Below, one piece after another: positions 1-9,904 of a stretch of 64,000 bases of DNA. Below the pieces are notes generated by a model. The model did no database searches. It had not been told where the DNA came from and worked only from the letters and a program-made list of their open reading frames with translations. Position numbers and translations under genes: made by a program. Within the stretch, counting starts at the first letter, position 1. Every line of letters begins with the position of its first letter. This DNA comes from Vulcanimicrobiota bacterium (lineage in GTDB: Bacteria; Vulcanimicrobiota; Vulcanimicrobiia; Vulcanimicrobiales; Vulcanimicrobiaceae), in the NCBI GenBank assembly GCA_963834895.1, contig CAWIDM010000003.1:909569-973568 (forward strand), given 5' to 3'.

Positions 1-13
1 CGACATCGAGGGG

Positions 14-1756
14 ATGCACCAGCGAACCTTTGCGCGCGTCGCTCCGATGCGCGCTCGGCTCTTCTTTTATGGGTGCCTGGCCGTCGCGTTCTTTCTCGCC
101 TGGCGACTCTTCGACGTGCAAGGGCTCAAAGGCGCACTCTACGCAAAAGAAGCGCTCGAGCAGCGTTCCGATACGATTGAGGTCTTTGCGCGGCGCGGCA
201 GCATCCTCGATCGCTACGGAGACGTGTTGGTGCGCTCGCTTCCCTCCGAGAGCGTCTATGCCGTGCCGCGCGAACTGGTCGATCCCGATGCAGCCGTAAC
301 GAAGCTCGAAAAGGTCTTCGGCAAACTCGATCCCGCGACGATCGCGGCGCTGCACGACCGGCACCGCTGGTTTCTCTGGATTGCGCGCAAAGTGCCGCAC
401 GAAACAGCCTCGCGCGTTCGCAGCCTCGGCCTGATCGGAGTCGATTTAAAGGAAGAGGAGAGCGGCCTGAGAGTCGATACGGCTGGACGGCTCGCCTCGA
501 CGGTGTTGGGCTTTGTCGGTACCGACGAAAACGGCCTCGACGGGATCGAATACACATTCGACGACGTGCTCCAGGGCCGATCGGGTCGCGTCACGCTCGA
601 GGCCGACGAGTTCGGGCGGCCGATTCCCTTCGGACGCGAACGCGTTATCACGCCCGCGCTGGGGGGGCTCGACGTCGAGTTGACGATCGATCCCTACCTT
701 CAATTTGTTGCCGAGCGAGCGCTGGCGAAGCAGGTCAGTGCCTTTCACGCACTCGACGGCACGGCGATCGTGATGGATCCCTGGACCGGCGAGATCCTTG
801 CGATGGCCAACATGCCCGATTTCGACCCAAACCGTTTTTGGAAGTACGGGGACGCACAGCGGCGCGACCGAGCCGTGATGGATGCATACGAGCCCGGCTC
901 GACCTACAAGCTCATCACGGCGGCGGCCGCGCTCGAATCGCGTAAGGTCACGCTCGCCAGCCGCTTCCCCGCCCACGACCGCCTCGAGGTAGGCGGTCAG
1001 ACGATTCACAACGCGGAAGACGGTTTCATGGCAGGAACGGGCGGCAGCGAGACGCTCGAGCAGATCGTCGAGTATTCGCACAATGTCGGCGCGGCCGAAG
1101 TCGGGCTCTGGATCGGCTCGAAGACGCTCTATACCATGGAACGCAGAGCAGGTTTCGGGTTGCCGTCCGGCGTCGGACTGCCCGGCGAGAACCCGGGAAT
1201 CGTTCCGCCGCCTTCGGAGTGGAGCGGCTCCTCGCTGGCCACGATGTCGTTCGGTCAAGGCGTTTCGGTTACGCCGCTAGCGATGGCACGTTACTATTGC
1301 GCGATTGCGAACGGCGGACTGCTGATGGAACCGCGAATCGTGCGCGCCGTCTACGACCCGCAAGGCACTCTCGTGCGGAGATATTCGCCGGCCGTCGTTC
1401 GGCGCGTCTTCTCGCAACGCACGGCCGCCGAGCTGCGGACGTTCTTGCGTGCGGTGGTTTTGCACGGCACCGGCGATCCCACCGCGCAGATTCCGGGATA
1501 CGCAACGGCCGGCAAGACGGGCACCGCGGAAATGGTCGTCGACGGCAGCTATCGCGCGGGCTATTACGCCGCGTCGTTCATCGGCATGGTGCCCTACCCG
1601 CGGGCGCGCTACGTGATCTACGTTAAAGTGGAACGGCCGCTCGGCTCGTACTACGGAAGCGTCGTCGCGGCGCCCGCATTTGCCGAGATCGCGCGCGCTG
1701 CGATGCTCCATGCAGGCATCCTGCCCAGCGCCGGCGTGGCGCGCCGTGAGCGCTGA
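14..1756 (+). CDS. ftsI: Class B penicillin-binding protein, peptidoglycan D,D-transpeptidase (FtsI/PBP2B-like)
   Basis: 580-aa ORF with an N-terminal TM helix (LFFYGCLAVAFFLAW). Transpeptidase motifs are present: SxxK (GSTYK), SxN (YSHNVG) and KTG (AGKTGTAE). It heads a dcw-type cluster. The frame is open to the window edge, so the start is uncertain. Confidence 0.9.
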   Translation: MHQRTFARVAPMRARLFFYGCLAVAFFLAWRLFDVQGLKGALYAKEALEQRSDTIEVFARRGSILDRYGDVLVRSLPSESVYAVPRELVDPDAAVTKLEKVFGKLDPATIAALHDRHRWFLWIARKVPHETASRVRSLGLIGVDLKEEESGLRVDTAGRLASTVLGFVGTDENGLDGIEYTFDDVLQGRSGRVTLEADEFGRPIPFGRERVITPALGGLDVELTIDPYLQFVAERALAKQVSAFHALDGTAIVMDPWTGEILAMANMPDFDPNRFWKYGDAQRRDRAVMDAYEPGSTYKLITAAAALESRKVTLASRFPAHDRLEVGGQTIHNAEDGFMAGTGGSETLEQIVEYSHNVGAAEVGLWIGSKTLYTMERRAGFGLPSGVGLPGENPGIVPPPSEWSGSSLATMSFGQGVSVTPLAMARYYCAIANGGLLMEPRIVRAVYDPQGTLVRRYSPAVVRRVFSQRTAAELRTFLRAVVLHGTGDPTAQIPGYATAGKTGTAEMVVDGSYRAGYYAASFIGMVPYPRARYVIYVKVERPLGSYYGSVVAAPAFAEIARAAMLHAGILPSAGVARRER

Positions 1757-3212
1757 ACGCAGCGTCGCGCTGGCGACGTTGCTCGGTCGCATTTCGTGGA
1801 TAGACGTCGCAGGGGATCGGCGGCGCGACGTGAGGGCACTCGAAATTGATTCGCGCGCGGTCGAGCCCGGCGCGCTCTTCGTCGCGCTGCGCGGCAGCCG
1901 GACGGACGGGCACACCTACCTCGCCGATGCAATTGCCAACGGCGCGAGCGCGGTGGTCGTGGAAGAGATGCCGGCTTGCGTTCCTCCAAACGTCACCGTC
2001 GTGCGCGTGGCGGATACGCGCCGGGCGCTCTCTGCGCTTGCGGCCGCGTTTTATGGCGACCCTTCGCTCGCTCTCGACGTCGTCGGGATCACGGGGACGA
2101 ACGGAAAGACGACGGCCACGCACATGGTCGCGGCGATTCTCAACGCGGCGCGCATACCGTGTGGGATCGCCGGCACGGTCGGCGCCGAGTTCGATGGACA
2201 CCGGTGGCCCCTCGAGAACACCACACCGTTGCCGCCGGTGCTGCACGAGTTGCTGTCGCAGATGCGCGACGAGGGCGCGAAGGCCGTCGCGATGGAGGTA
2301 AGCTCGCATGCGCTCGAGCTCGATCGCGTCGACGACGTGCGGTTTCGCGTTGCGGTCTTGACGAACGTGGCCCGCGATCACCTCGATTTTCACCGGACGC
2401 AGGAAGCGTATGCGCAAGCCAAGCGGCGGCTTTTCACGCTCGCAAGAGCGTGCGTGCTGAACGTCGACGATGCATACGGACGTCGCTGGGCGCTCGAGCG
2501 CAAGCTCGAAGGCCGCGAGGTGATCTCTTACGGCCTCCGTGACGGAGCGATGCTCGTTCCGGAAGGAATCGTGACCGAACCCGAAGGCAGCCGCTTTACC
2601 GTAAGCGGCCAGCGCTACGAGCTCCGTCTTTCCGGGCGTTTCAACGTCTGGAACGCGTTGGCCGCGATCGGCGTCGCGCGGCTCTTGGGGATCGACGATG
2701 CGACGAGCGCCGGCGGGCTGGCCGGTGTCGAGCGCGTTCCCGGGCGGATGGAACGGATTATCGCCAACGGAATTACGGTCGTCGTCGATTACGCCCATAC
2801 GCCCGACGCGCTCGAGAATGCGTTGCGTTCGCTGCGGGAAACGGCAGAGGGCGCACTGGCCGTCGTCTTCGGCTGCGGAGGTGACCGTGACCGCGGGAAA
2901 CGGCCCCAGATGGGAAGCGTCGCGGCGCAGCTCGCCGATCGCATCTACGTGACGAGCGACAATCCTCGAACCGAAGAGCCGCAGGCGATCGTCGATGCGA
3001 TCGTTGCCGGAATCGGCGACCGCGTGCGCGTCGTCGAACTCGATCGGCGGCGTGCGATCGAGCGCGCGATCGCCGAAGCGCATTCCGGCGACGTCGTTTT
3101 GATCGCCGGCAAGGGGCACGAGGCCTATCAGATCGTCGCCGATCGGGTCCTGCCCTTCGACGACTCGGCGGTTGCACGCGAGGCGCTCTCGTCGCGCGGC
3201 GCGCTGCGATGA
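1746..3212 (+). CDS. murE: UDP-N-acetylmuramoyl-L-alanyl-D-glutamate--2,6-diaminopimelate ligase
   Basis: Mur ligase P-loop GITGTNGKTT. The DNPR motif (VTSDNPRTEEP) is typical of meso-DAP-adding MurE. GTG 1746 is preferred over the track ATG 1680; it overlaps the ftsI stop by 11 nt. Confidence 0.9.
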   Translation: MSAERSVALATLLGRISWIDVAGDRRRDVRALEIDSRAVEPGALFVALRGSRTDGHTYLADAIANGASAVVVEEMPACVPPNVTVVRVADTRRALSALAAAFYGDPSLALDVVGITGTNGKTTATHMVAAILNAARIPCGIAGTVGAEFDGHRWPLENTTPLPPVLHELLSQMRDEGAKAVAMEVSSHALELDRVDDVRFRVAVLTNVARDHLDFHRTQEAYAQAKRRLFTLARACVLNVDDAYGRRWALERKLEGREVISYGLRDGAMLVPEGIVTEPEGSRFTVSGQRYELRLSGRFNVWNALAAIGVARLLGIDDATSAGGLAGVERVPGRMERIIANGITVVVDYAHTPDALENALRSLRETAEGALAVVFGCGGDRDRGKRPQMGSVAAQLADRIYVTSDNPRTEEPQAIVDAIVAGIGDRVRVVELDRRRAIERAIAEAHSGDVVLIAGKGHEAYQIVADRVLPFDDSAVAREALSSRGALR

Positions 3213-4588
3213 ACTTGCCGCTCGAGCTCGCAACGGCCGTGACGGGGGCGACTCTCTTCGACGCGGAACTGGCGCCCCCGGCGCTGCGCGTGAGCACCGA
3301 TACGCGAATCATCGAGCCGGGCGATGCGTTTCTCGCGCTGCGCGGCGATCGGTTCGACGGACACGATTTCACCGCGGAAGCCGTGCGCCGGGGCGCCGCG
3401 TTGCTCGTGATCGACCGGATCGAGGCACGCGTCGCGGGTGTTGCCGCGCTGCTCGTCGAGGATACGAAGGCCGCCTACATGGCGCTCGCCGGCGCGGCGC
3501 GCCGGCTCTTTGCCGGGCGCATCATCGGGATCACCGGAAGCGGCGGGAAGACGACCACGAAAGCGTTTCTCGCCGCGCTTCTCGCAGTGAAGTACGGCGA
3601 TCGGGTGCATGCCGCCCCGAATAACGAGAACAACGAGATCGGCGTCAGCAAGCTGCTCTTGGACGCGTCGAACGTCGCCCACGACGTCCTGGTTGCCGAG
3701 ATGGGCGCGCGCCATTACGGTGACGTCGCCGCGCTCGTCGAAATTGCGCGGCCGCAGCTCGGTATTCTCACCAACATCGGCGAGGCGCATCTCGAGATCA
3801 TGGGCTCGCGCGAACGACTCGAAGAGACGAAATGGGCGCTCTTCTCCAAAGGCGCCCGTGCGGTCCTGAACGCAAAGGATGAGGCTTCCCGACGTCGGGC
3901 TCCGGGACTCAAGCGTCGCCCTCACTGGTTCGCCGCCGAAGAAGCCTCGCTCGCGGCGCACGCGGCGCTCGAGCCGCTGACGGCCTTGATCGGCGATCGG
4001 CGCTTGGTTCACCGCTCCCGCGAAAGCACCGTTGAGTACGGCGTCGACGTGCGGGTGCCGGGTCTGCACAATCGCGCGAATCTCGCGGCGGCGATCGCCG
4101 GTGCGATCGAGCTCGACGTGCAGCCGGAGCAGATCGTGGGCGCGATTGCGGCCTTGCGGTTGCCGGCAGGACGGTACGATCGAATACCGGCGGCGGGCGG
4201 CGTTGGGCTCATCTACGATGCCTACAACGCGAACGCCAGCAGTATGATTGCCGCGCTCGATGCCTTTGCATCCGAGGCGGCCTCGCGGCGCATCGCGGTG
4301 CTCGCAAGCATGGCCGAGCTCGGCGAAGAGTCGAGGGCGTTGCACGAGCGCGTCGGCTCCCATGCGGCAGGACGAGTCGACGTGTTGCTCGTTAGTGGAG
4401 AGTATGCGGCCGATTTGGCGCGCGGCGCGAAACTCGGCGGTCTCGCCGAGCGGCAAATCGTACGGATCGGTACGAACGCCCAAGCCGCGCAGTGGCTGCG
4501 CGAGAACGCGCGGGCCGACGACGTCGTATTGCTGAAGGGCTCGCGCAAATACAAGCTGGAAGAGATCGTCGAAGAGCTGCGCACGTGA
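3209..4588 (+). CDS. murF: UDP-N-acetylmuramoyl-tripeptide--D-alanyl-D-alanine ligase
   Basis: 459 aa with P-loop GITGSGGKTTTK and Mur ligase middle and C-terminal domains. It has an ATGA overlap with the murE stop. Confidence 0.9.
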   Translation: MNLPLELATAVTGATLFDAELAPPALRVSTDTRIIEPGDAFLALRGDRFDGHDFTAEAVRRGAALLVIDRIEARVAGVAALLVEDTKAAYMALAGAARRLFAGRIIGITGSGGKTTTKAFLAALLAVKYGDRVHAAPNNENNEIGVSKLLLDASNVAHDVLVAEMGARHYGDVAALVEIARPQLGILTNIGEAHLEIMGSRERLEETKWALFSKGARAVLNAKDEASRRRAPGLKRRPHWFAAEEASLAAHAALEPLTALIGDRRLVHRSRESTVEYGVDVRVPGLHNRANLAAAIAGAIELDVQPEQIVGAIAALRLPAGRYDRIPAAGGVGLIYDAYNANASSMIAALDAFASEAASRRIAVLASMAELGEESRALHERVGSHAAGRVDVLLVSGEYAADLARGAKLGGLAERQIVRIGTNAQAAQWLRENARADDVVLLKGSRKYKLEEIVEELRT

Positions 4589-5301
4589 GCATCGCAACCC
4601 GCACGTTGCTCGTCACCCGTCCGGAAGCGCCGGCCGGGTTGATCGCCATCCCCGTTCGCACGCCGCTCGTCCGGCCGGGTGACGACCTGGTTGCGCTCGT
4701 CGCAAGCGCGGTACGAGGCATCGCGCGTCCGGGCGACGTCGTCGCCGTTTCGGAGAGCGCGGTCGCGATCGCGCAAGGCGAGCTCCTTGCCGCCGAGTTC
4801 GTGCGTCCGTCGAGGTTGGCTTTCGCGATCTCGCGCCGCGCCGATCCGATGGCGACGATCAGCCAACCGGAATCGATTCAGCTCGTCATCGACCACGTTG
4901 GTTCGTGGAAAGTCATCTACGCGACGCTGCTGCAGTTCGTCGCGCGGCTCTTCGGCCGGCGCGGAGCCTTCTACCGCGTGATGGGCGATGCGATCGCGGC
5001 GTTCGACGGGTATACGGGAACGATGCCGCCTTACGAGCGTGCAATCGTCTTCGCGCCGCGCGATCCCGACGGTTTTGCTCGATCCGTCGAGGAGCGAACC
5101 GGCGCCGGGTGCGCCGTCGTCGACGCCAACGATCTCGGAAAGGCGAAGGTGCTCGGGCGCTCGAGCGGCGTTCGCGGCGAGAGCGTCGAGGCGGCGCTGC
5201 TCGACAACCCGCACGGCAACAGCGACGAGCAGACGCCGGTCGTCGTGATCAAATGGCGCGGACGCGGAGCCAATCCGCTGGTGCGCGGCGACGCATCGTG
5301 A
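4585..5301 (+). CDS. CofE-fold (F420-0:gamma-glutamyl ligase-like) family protein of unknown role
   Basis: The N-terminus IAIPVRTPLVRPGDDLVALV...RPGDVVAVSESAVAIAQGE follows the CofE pattern (PGDDL ... gDvvvvs.k.vs.aeG). The later segment PRDPDGFARSVEERTGAGCAVVDANDLG matches the CofE dPd.sA..ir...g..v.v.i.D region. GTG 4585 overlaps the murF stop (GTGA), and its own stop overlaps the mraY GTG 5298 (GTGA). Confidence 0.6.
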   Translation: MSIATRTLLVTRPEAPAGLIAIPVRTPLVRPGDDLVALVASAVRGIARPGDVVAVSESAVAIAQGELLAAEFVRPSRLAFAISRRADPMATISQPESIQLVIDHVGSWKVIYATLLQFVARLFGRRGAFYRVMGDAIAAFDGYTGTMPPYERAIVFAPRDPDGFARSVEERTGAGCAVVDANDLGKAKVLGRSSGVRGESVEAALLDNPHGNSDEQTPVVVIKWRGRGANPLVRGDAS

Positions 5302-6269
5302 GCGATCCGTCGCTGCAGTCGCTCGGCTTTTGGGCGCTCTTCGGCTTCCTCGTTGCGGCGCTCGCCGCCGCAGCGCTTCTCGGGCTCTTCGGTCGTCTGC
5401 AGATACGGCAGCACGCCTACGAGGATGCGCCGCAGACGCATCGCGCAAAGACCGGCACGCCGACGATGGGCGGCGTGGTCTTCGTCGTCGTGCTGCTCGC
5501 CGCGTGTGCCGTCAGCCGGGCGCCGCTGCTGCCCGAGCTCGTCTTCTTCGTCGCGCTCTGTGCGGGAATCGGGGCGGTCGATGACGTCGTCAAGATTCGC
5601 CATGGCGCGAACCGGGGTTTGCGCGCCCGCACGAAGTTCTTGGCGACCGCACTCGCTGGGGTGATTTTTTTGCGCGAGATCGCCGCGTCGCCGGCCTTCT
5701 TTCCGCCGGACGTGCTCTTTCACGTGGGAAGCTATTCGCTCGGCGCCGCGCACTGGCTCTGGCTCGCGCTGGGCATCCTCGCGATCACCGGAACGACGCA
5801 TGCCGTCAATCTCACCGACGGTCTCGACGGGCTTGCGGCCGGCACGATGATTCCGCCGTTGATCGTGCTCGCGTTGGTCGCGGCCGCAATGCCGATGCCG
5901 GGCGCGGCGATCGGCGCGGCCGCCGGTGTCGGCGCCTGTGCCGGCTTCCTCATCTTTAACCTTCATCCGGCGAGGCTCTTTATGGGCGATACGGGTTCGC
6001 TCGCGCTCGGTGCGCTGCTGGCCGGCGTTGCAATACTCTGCGGTGAGATGCTGCTACTCGTCGTGATCGGCGGCGTCTTCGTCGCCGAGGCGCTCTCCGT
6101 GATCCTGCAAGTTTCCTACTTCAAGGCGACGCGCGGACGGCGCATTCTTCGGATGAGCCCGTTACACCATCACTTCGAGCTCGCCGGTTGGCCCGAAACG
6201 AGGGTGACGCTTCGCTTCTGGCTTGCATCGCTACTCTGTTCGCTGCTAGGATGGGCCATCGTGCGATGA
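5298..6269 (+). CDS. mraY: Phospho-N-acetylmuramoyl-pentapeptide transferase
   Basis: Polytopic membrane protein with motifs KTGTPTMGG, HAVNLTDGLDGLA and FMGDTGSLALG. GTG 5298 is preferred over the long track ORF that starts at 4905. Confidence 0.9.
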   Translation: MSDPSLQSLGFWALFGFLVAALAAAALLGLFGRLQIRQHAYEDAPQTHRAKTGTPTMGGVVFVVVLLAACAVSRAPLLPELVFFVALCAGIGAVDDVVKIRHGANRGLRARTKFLATALAGVIFLREIAASPAFFPPDVLFHVGSYSLGAAHWLWLALGILAITGTTHAVNLTDGLDGLAAGTMIPPLIVLALVAAAMPMPGAAIGAAAGVGACAGFLIFNLHPARLFMGDTGSLALGALLAGVAILCGEMLLLVVIGGVFVAEALSVILQVSYFKATRGRRILRMSPLHHHFELAGWPETRVTLRFWLASLLCSLLGWAIVR

Positions 6270-7666
6270 GCGATACCTTTCAATTCGGGATCGGCGAGAC
6301 GATACTGATCATCGGTCTCGGGCGCAGCGGATTGGCGAGCGCCGAAGTGCTCGGCGAGCACCGAGTCACTCTCTACGTCACCGACGAGAAACCGGTTACG
6401 GAGCTTGCGGAAGCGATCGCGGAGGCTCAATCGTTCGGAGCGCGCTTCGTCGGGCCCGGAGAGATCGCGAGCATTCTTCCCGAGCTCACCTGCGCCGTGC
6501 TTTCGCCCGGCGTACCGCCGACGTCTCCGGTCGTGCGGTGCCTGCATGCCGCGAACGTTCCGGTCTTCGGAGAGATCGAGCTCGCCTATCGCCTCTGCAA
6601 GGCGCCGATCGTTGCGGTAACCGGAACGAAGGGCAAGTCGACGACGACGGCATTGATCGGGCATCTGCTGCGCGGCTGCGGCCTGGAGGTTCGTGTCGGC
6701 GGCAACATCGGCAATCCGCTCATCGGCGAAGTTCGCGGTGCCGGCGCCGGCGATTGGGTCGTCGCGGAGGTCTCGTCGTTTCAGCTCGAAACGATTCGCT
6801 CGTTCAAGCCGCGGGTCGCCGTTCTGCTCAACATCCTGCCCGATCATCTCGACCGGTACCATTCGATGGAGGAGTACGCCGAAGCGAAGTACCGCATCTT
6901 TGCGAACCAGTCGATGATGGACTGGTTTGTCGGGAATCTCGACGATCCGCGAATTCGCGCGCTTCACTGGCGCCACGGCGGCGCGCGCGTGCAGGCCAGG
7001 CAACTTTGGTTCGCGCTGCAGAACCGCGATCAGGCGACGATCTACGTACGCGACGGAATGGTGATCTACGCTCCGGTCGCGGGCGATCCGCGCCCGGTTC
7101 CGATTCTGCCGCGCGACGAGATTCCGCTGGCAGGCGAGCATAACGTGCGTAACGCCATGGCGGCGCTGCTCGCGGCAATCGCCGTCGGCTGCTCGCCCGA
7201 AGCGCTGCGCGAGGCGATTCGAAGCTTCGAGCCGATGTCGCACCGCCTTCGCACGATTGCGGAGATCGACGGCGTCCGCTACGTGGACGATTCGAAGTCC
7301 ACGAACCCCGCATCGGTGATTGCCGCGCTGCGCACCTATGACTCGCCGATCGTTTTGATCGCCGGCGGCCGCTCGAAGGGGCTCGACTTTCGGGCAATGG
7401 GAGCGGAGATACGCGCACGCGCGAGCGCGCTCGTCACGATCGGCGAATCGGCGAGCGATATTCGCCGGGTTGCGACGGGAGTGCCCGCCGCCGCCGCCTC
7501 GTCGATGGACGAGGCGGTGCGCCGCGCGCGCGAATTCGCGGTTCCCGGCGGGATCGTCTTACTCTCTCCGGGTTGCGCATCGTTCGATATGTTTGCTTCG
7601 GCCGAAGATCGAGGCGAGCAGTTCGCAACCGCCGTCGAAGCGCTGCGAGAGCCGGCCGGTGCATAG
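6266..7666 (+). CDS. murD: UDP-N-acetylmuramoylalanine--D-glutamate ligase
   Basis: N-terminal Rossmann segment ILIIGLGRSGLASA and P-loop VTGTKGKSTT. It has an ATGA overlap with the mraY stop. Confidence 0.9.
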   Translation: MSDTFQFGIGETILIIGLGRSGLASAEVLGEHRVTLYVTDEKPVTELAEAIAEAQSFGARFVGPGEIASILPELTCAVLSPGVPPTSPVVRCLHAANVPVFGEIELAYRLCKAPIVAVTGTKGKSTTTALIGHLLRGCGLEVRVGGNIGNPLIGEVRGAGAGDWVVAEVSSFQLETIRSFKPRVAVLLNILPDHLDRYHSMEEYAEAKYRIFANQSMMDWFVGNLDDPRIRALHWRHGGARVQARQLWFALQNRDQATIYVRDGMVIYAPVAGDPRPVPILPRDEIPLAGEHNVRNAMAALLAAIAVGCSPEALREAIRSFEPMSHRLRTIAEIDGVRYVDDSKSTNPASVIAALRTYDSPIVLIAGGRSKGLDFRAMGAEIRARASALVTIGESASDIRRVATGVPAAAASSMDEAVRRAREFAVPGGIVLLSPGCASFDMFASAEDRGEQFATAVEALREPAGA

Positions 7667-7697
7667 CGCCGCCGCCTTGCGCTCGCAGCGAGAATCG

Positions 7698-8813
7698 ATG
7701 CGTTCATACGCCGCCGCGCCGCTCGATACGGTTCTCTTCACGACCGTCGCAGCGCTGACCGGCATCGGTCTCGTCATGGTCTTTTCGGCTTCGAGCGCAA
7801 CGGCATACGCGCAGCACGGCGACATCGCATACTATCTCAAGCGCCAGCTCGTCTGGCTCGCCGTCGGCTTGGCCGGTGCGTACGCATGCTATCGAATCGA
7901 TTATCAGCGATTGCGTCGCGTCGCGCCGTACCTCTTGGCCGCCGCGATCGCCGGCCTCGTGCTGGTCTTTTTTCCGCACGTCGGTCTGGGCGTCAACGGC
8001 GGGCGCCGCTGGATCGGCACGGCGAGCTTCAGCCTCGAGCCGTCGGAGTTTGCCAAGCTCGCGCTGGTGATCTATCTCTCTGCCGTGTTGGCTTCTCGGG
8101 GCGAGCGCATCACCTCGATCGTTCGCGGGCTCTTTCCGCTCTGCGTTCCCGTCGCCATCATGGCCGTGCTCGTGCTCAAGGAGCCCGATATGGGAACGGC
8201 AAGCCTGTTGCTCTTCATCGCGCTCGCGCTCTTCTTCGCTGCCGGAGCACGACTCGTTCATCTCGCGGCAATCGTGCTCGCGATGGTGCCGTTTGCCGCG
8301 CTCACCGTGCTCGCAAGCCCCTACCGTCGCGCGCGCATCTTCGCGTTCGTCGATCCGTGGAAGGATCCGCTGAACACGGGCTTCCATATCGTGCAGTCGC
8401 TCCTGGCGCTGGGGAGCGGTGGACTCTTCGGCGTCGGCTTGGGAGCGTCGCGCGCAAAGTTTTTCTATCTGCCCGAGCAGTACACCGACTTCATCTTCTC
8501 GGTGCTCGGTGAGGAGCTGGGCCTGGTGGGAACGCTGGCGGTCATCGCGCTCTTCGTCACGTTGGCCTACCGCTCGATCAGAATTGCGCTCGCGGCTCCC
8601 GACCGCTTCGGATTCTTTTTGGCGATTGGATGCGCCGCGATGATCACCATCCAAGCCTTCGTCAACATCGGCGTCGTCTCGTCGTCGTGGCCCGTCACGG
8701 GCGTTCCGCTCCCCTTCATCTCCTTCGGCGGCAGCTCGCTCGTCGTCAATCTCTTAGCCGTCGCACTCATCGCTAACGTAGGCAGACACCGTCGAATCAG
8801 CGGACGCGCGTGA
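7698..8813 (+). CDS. ftsW: SEDS-family peptidoglycan polymerase / lipid II flippase FtsW
   Basis: Multi-TM protein with the conserved C-terminal PVTGVPLPFISFGGSS. ATG 7698 (MRSYAAAPLD) was chosen; the upstream part of the track ORF is Arg/Pro-rich junk. Confidence 0.85.
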   Translation: MRSYAAAPLDTVLFTTVAALTGIGLVMVFSASSATAYAQHGDIAYYLKRQLVWLAVGLAGAYACYRIDYQRLRRVAPYLLAAAIAGLVLVFFPHVGLGVNGGRRWIGTASFSLEPSEFAKLALVIYLSAVLASRGERITSIVRGLFPLCVPVAIMAVLVLKEPDMGTASLLLFIALALFFAAGARLVHLAAIVLAMVPFAALTVLASPYRRARIFAFVDPWKDPLNTGFHIVQSLLALGSGGLFGVGLGASRAKFFYLPEQYTDFIFSVLGEELGLVGTLAVIALFVTLAYRSIRIALAAPDRFGFFLAIGCAAMITIQAFVNIGVVSSSWPVTGVPLPFISFGGSSLVVNLLAVALIANVGRHRRISGRA

Positions 8814-9904
8814 CCGTCGTCTTTGCGGGGGGCGGCACGGGCGGTCATCTCTATCCCGCAATCGCGATCGCCGACGCGCTGCGCGCGCGTCGTGCCAAGA
8901 TTGCCTTCGTCGGCACGGCCGACCGGCTCGAGGCGACGATCGTTCCCAAGGCGGGATACGATTTGCACCCTATTGCAAGCCGCTCGCTTCCTCGCTCGCC
9001 GTCGCTCGGAATTCTCGCCACGTTCGGGAGCAACGTGCGGGGAACGCTGCAGAGTCTGCGATTCTTGGCGATGCAGCGTCCCGACCTCGTCATCGCAACC
9101 GGCGGCTACGTCTGCTTTCCGGTTGCGCTTGCGGCCCGCATCCGCCGGATCATGAGACTCTCGACCGCACCCGTCGTCTTGCTCGAACCCAACGCCGAGC
9201 CGGGCTTGACGAACCGCCTGCTGACGCCGATCGTCGACGAAGTTTGGGGACCGGCGCTCGAACCCGATCCTCGTCTGCGCGCGAAATACAGAGCGACGGG
9301 CGTCCCAATTCGATCGACGCTGCGCTCGCTGCCGCGCCGTGAGGATGCGATCGCGCATCTGGGGCTCGATCCGTCGTTGCGAACGCTCCTGGCGATGGGA
9401 GGAAGTCAGGGCGCGCGATCGATCAACGACGCGCTGATGCGCTTGAGCGAGCGCGACGCCTTGCCGCCGGGGTGGCAGCTGCTCGCGCTGACCGGAGCGA
9501 GCGATTACGAGCGGGTGCGCGCGTCGCTGCCCCAAGCGCGGCCATATCTAGACGACATGGCCGATGCATATGCCGCCGCCGATCTGCTCTTGACTCGCGC
9601 GGGCGCCTCGACGCTCGGCGAGCTTGCGGCGCTCGGAAAGCCGTCGATTCTCGTACCGTATCCGTATGCCGCGCAAGGGCACCAGGCCGCGAACGCGCAG
9701 CGCTTCGCCGCCGCGGGCGCGGCGGTCGTGCTCTCCGATCGCGAGCTGCAGGCAGGCGGCTTGCCCGCCGCGCTCGCAGAGGCAACGCAGCCGGCACGCC
9801 TGCAAGAACTCGCCGCCGCCGCCGCGCGCCTTGCAGGAGGCGATCCGGTGGGCGCGATTCTTGCCCGGATCGATGCCTTACTCCCTCGAAAGAGCGAGCG
9901 GTGA
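8810..9904 (+). CDS. murG: UDP-GlcNAc--N-acetylmuramyl-(pentapeptide) pyrophosphoryl-undecaprenol GlcNAc transferase
   Basis: N-terminal FAGGGTGGHLYPAIA and C-terminal RAGASTLGELAALGKPSILVPYP. GTGA overlap with ftsW. Confidence 0.9.
   Translation: MTVVFAGGGTGGHLYPAIAIADALRARRAKIAFVGTADRLEATIVPKAGYDLHPIASRSLPRSPSLGILATFGSNVRGTLQSLRFLAMQRPDLVIATGGYVCFPVALAARIRRIMRLSTAPVVLLEPNAEPGLTNRLLTPIVDEVWGPALEPDPRLRAKYRATGVPIRSTLRSLPRREDAIAHLGLDPSLRTLLAMGGSQGARSINDALMRLSERDALPPGWQLLALTGASDYERVRASLPQARPYLDDMADAYAAADLLLTRAGASTLGELAALGKPSILVPYPYAAQGHQAANAQRFAAAGAAVVLSDRELQAGGLPAALAEATQPARLQELAAAAARLAGGDPVGAILARIDALLPRKSER

Noticed and set aside
1623-3233. Long antisense or alternative-frame ORFs. Examples: 1623-3233(-), 3128-4597(-), 17482-18987(-), 20508-21632(-), 44352-45455(-), 59028-60182(-), 59222-61828(+) N-terminal part.
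   Set aside because: Their translations are Arg/Ala/Pro/Gly-rich low-complexity sequence. They lie opposite or out of frame to genes with unambiguous family motifs. This is the usual consequence of stop-codon scarcity in GC-rich DNA.
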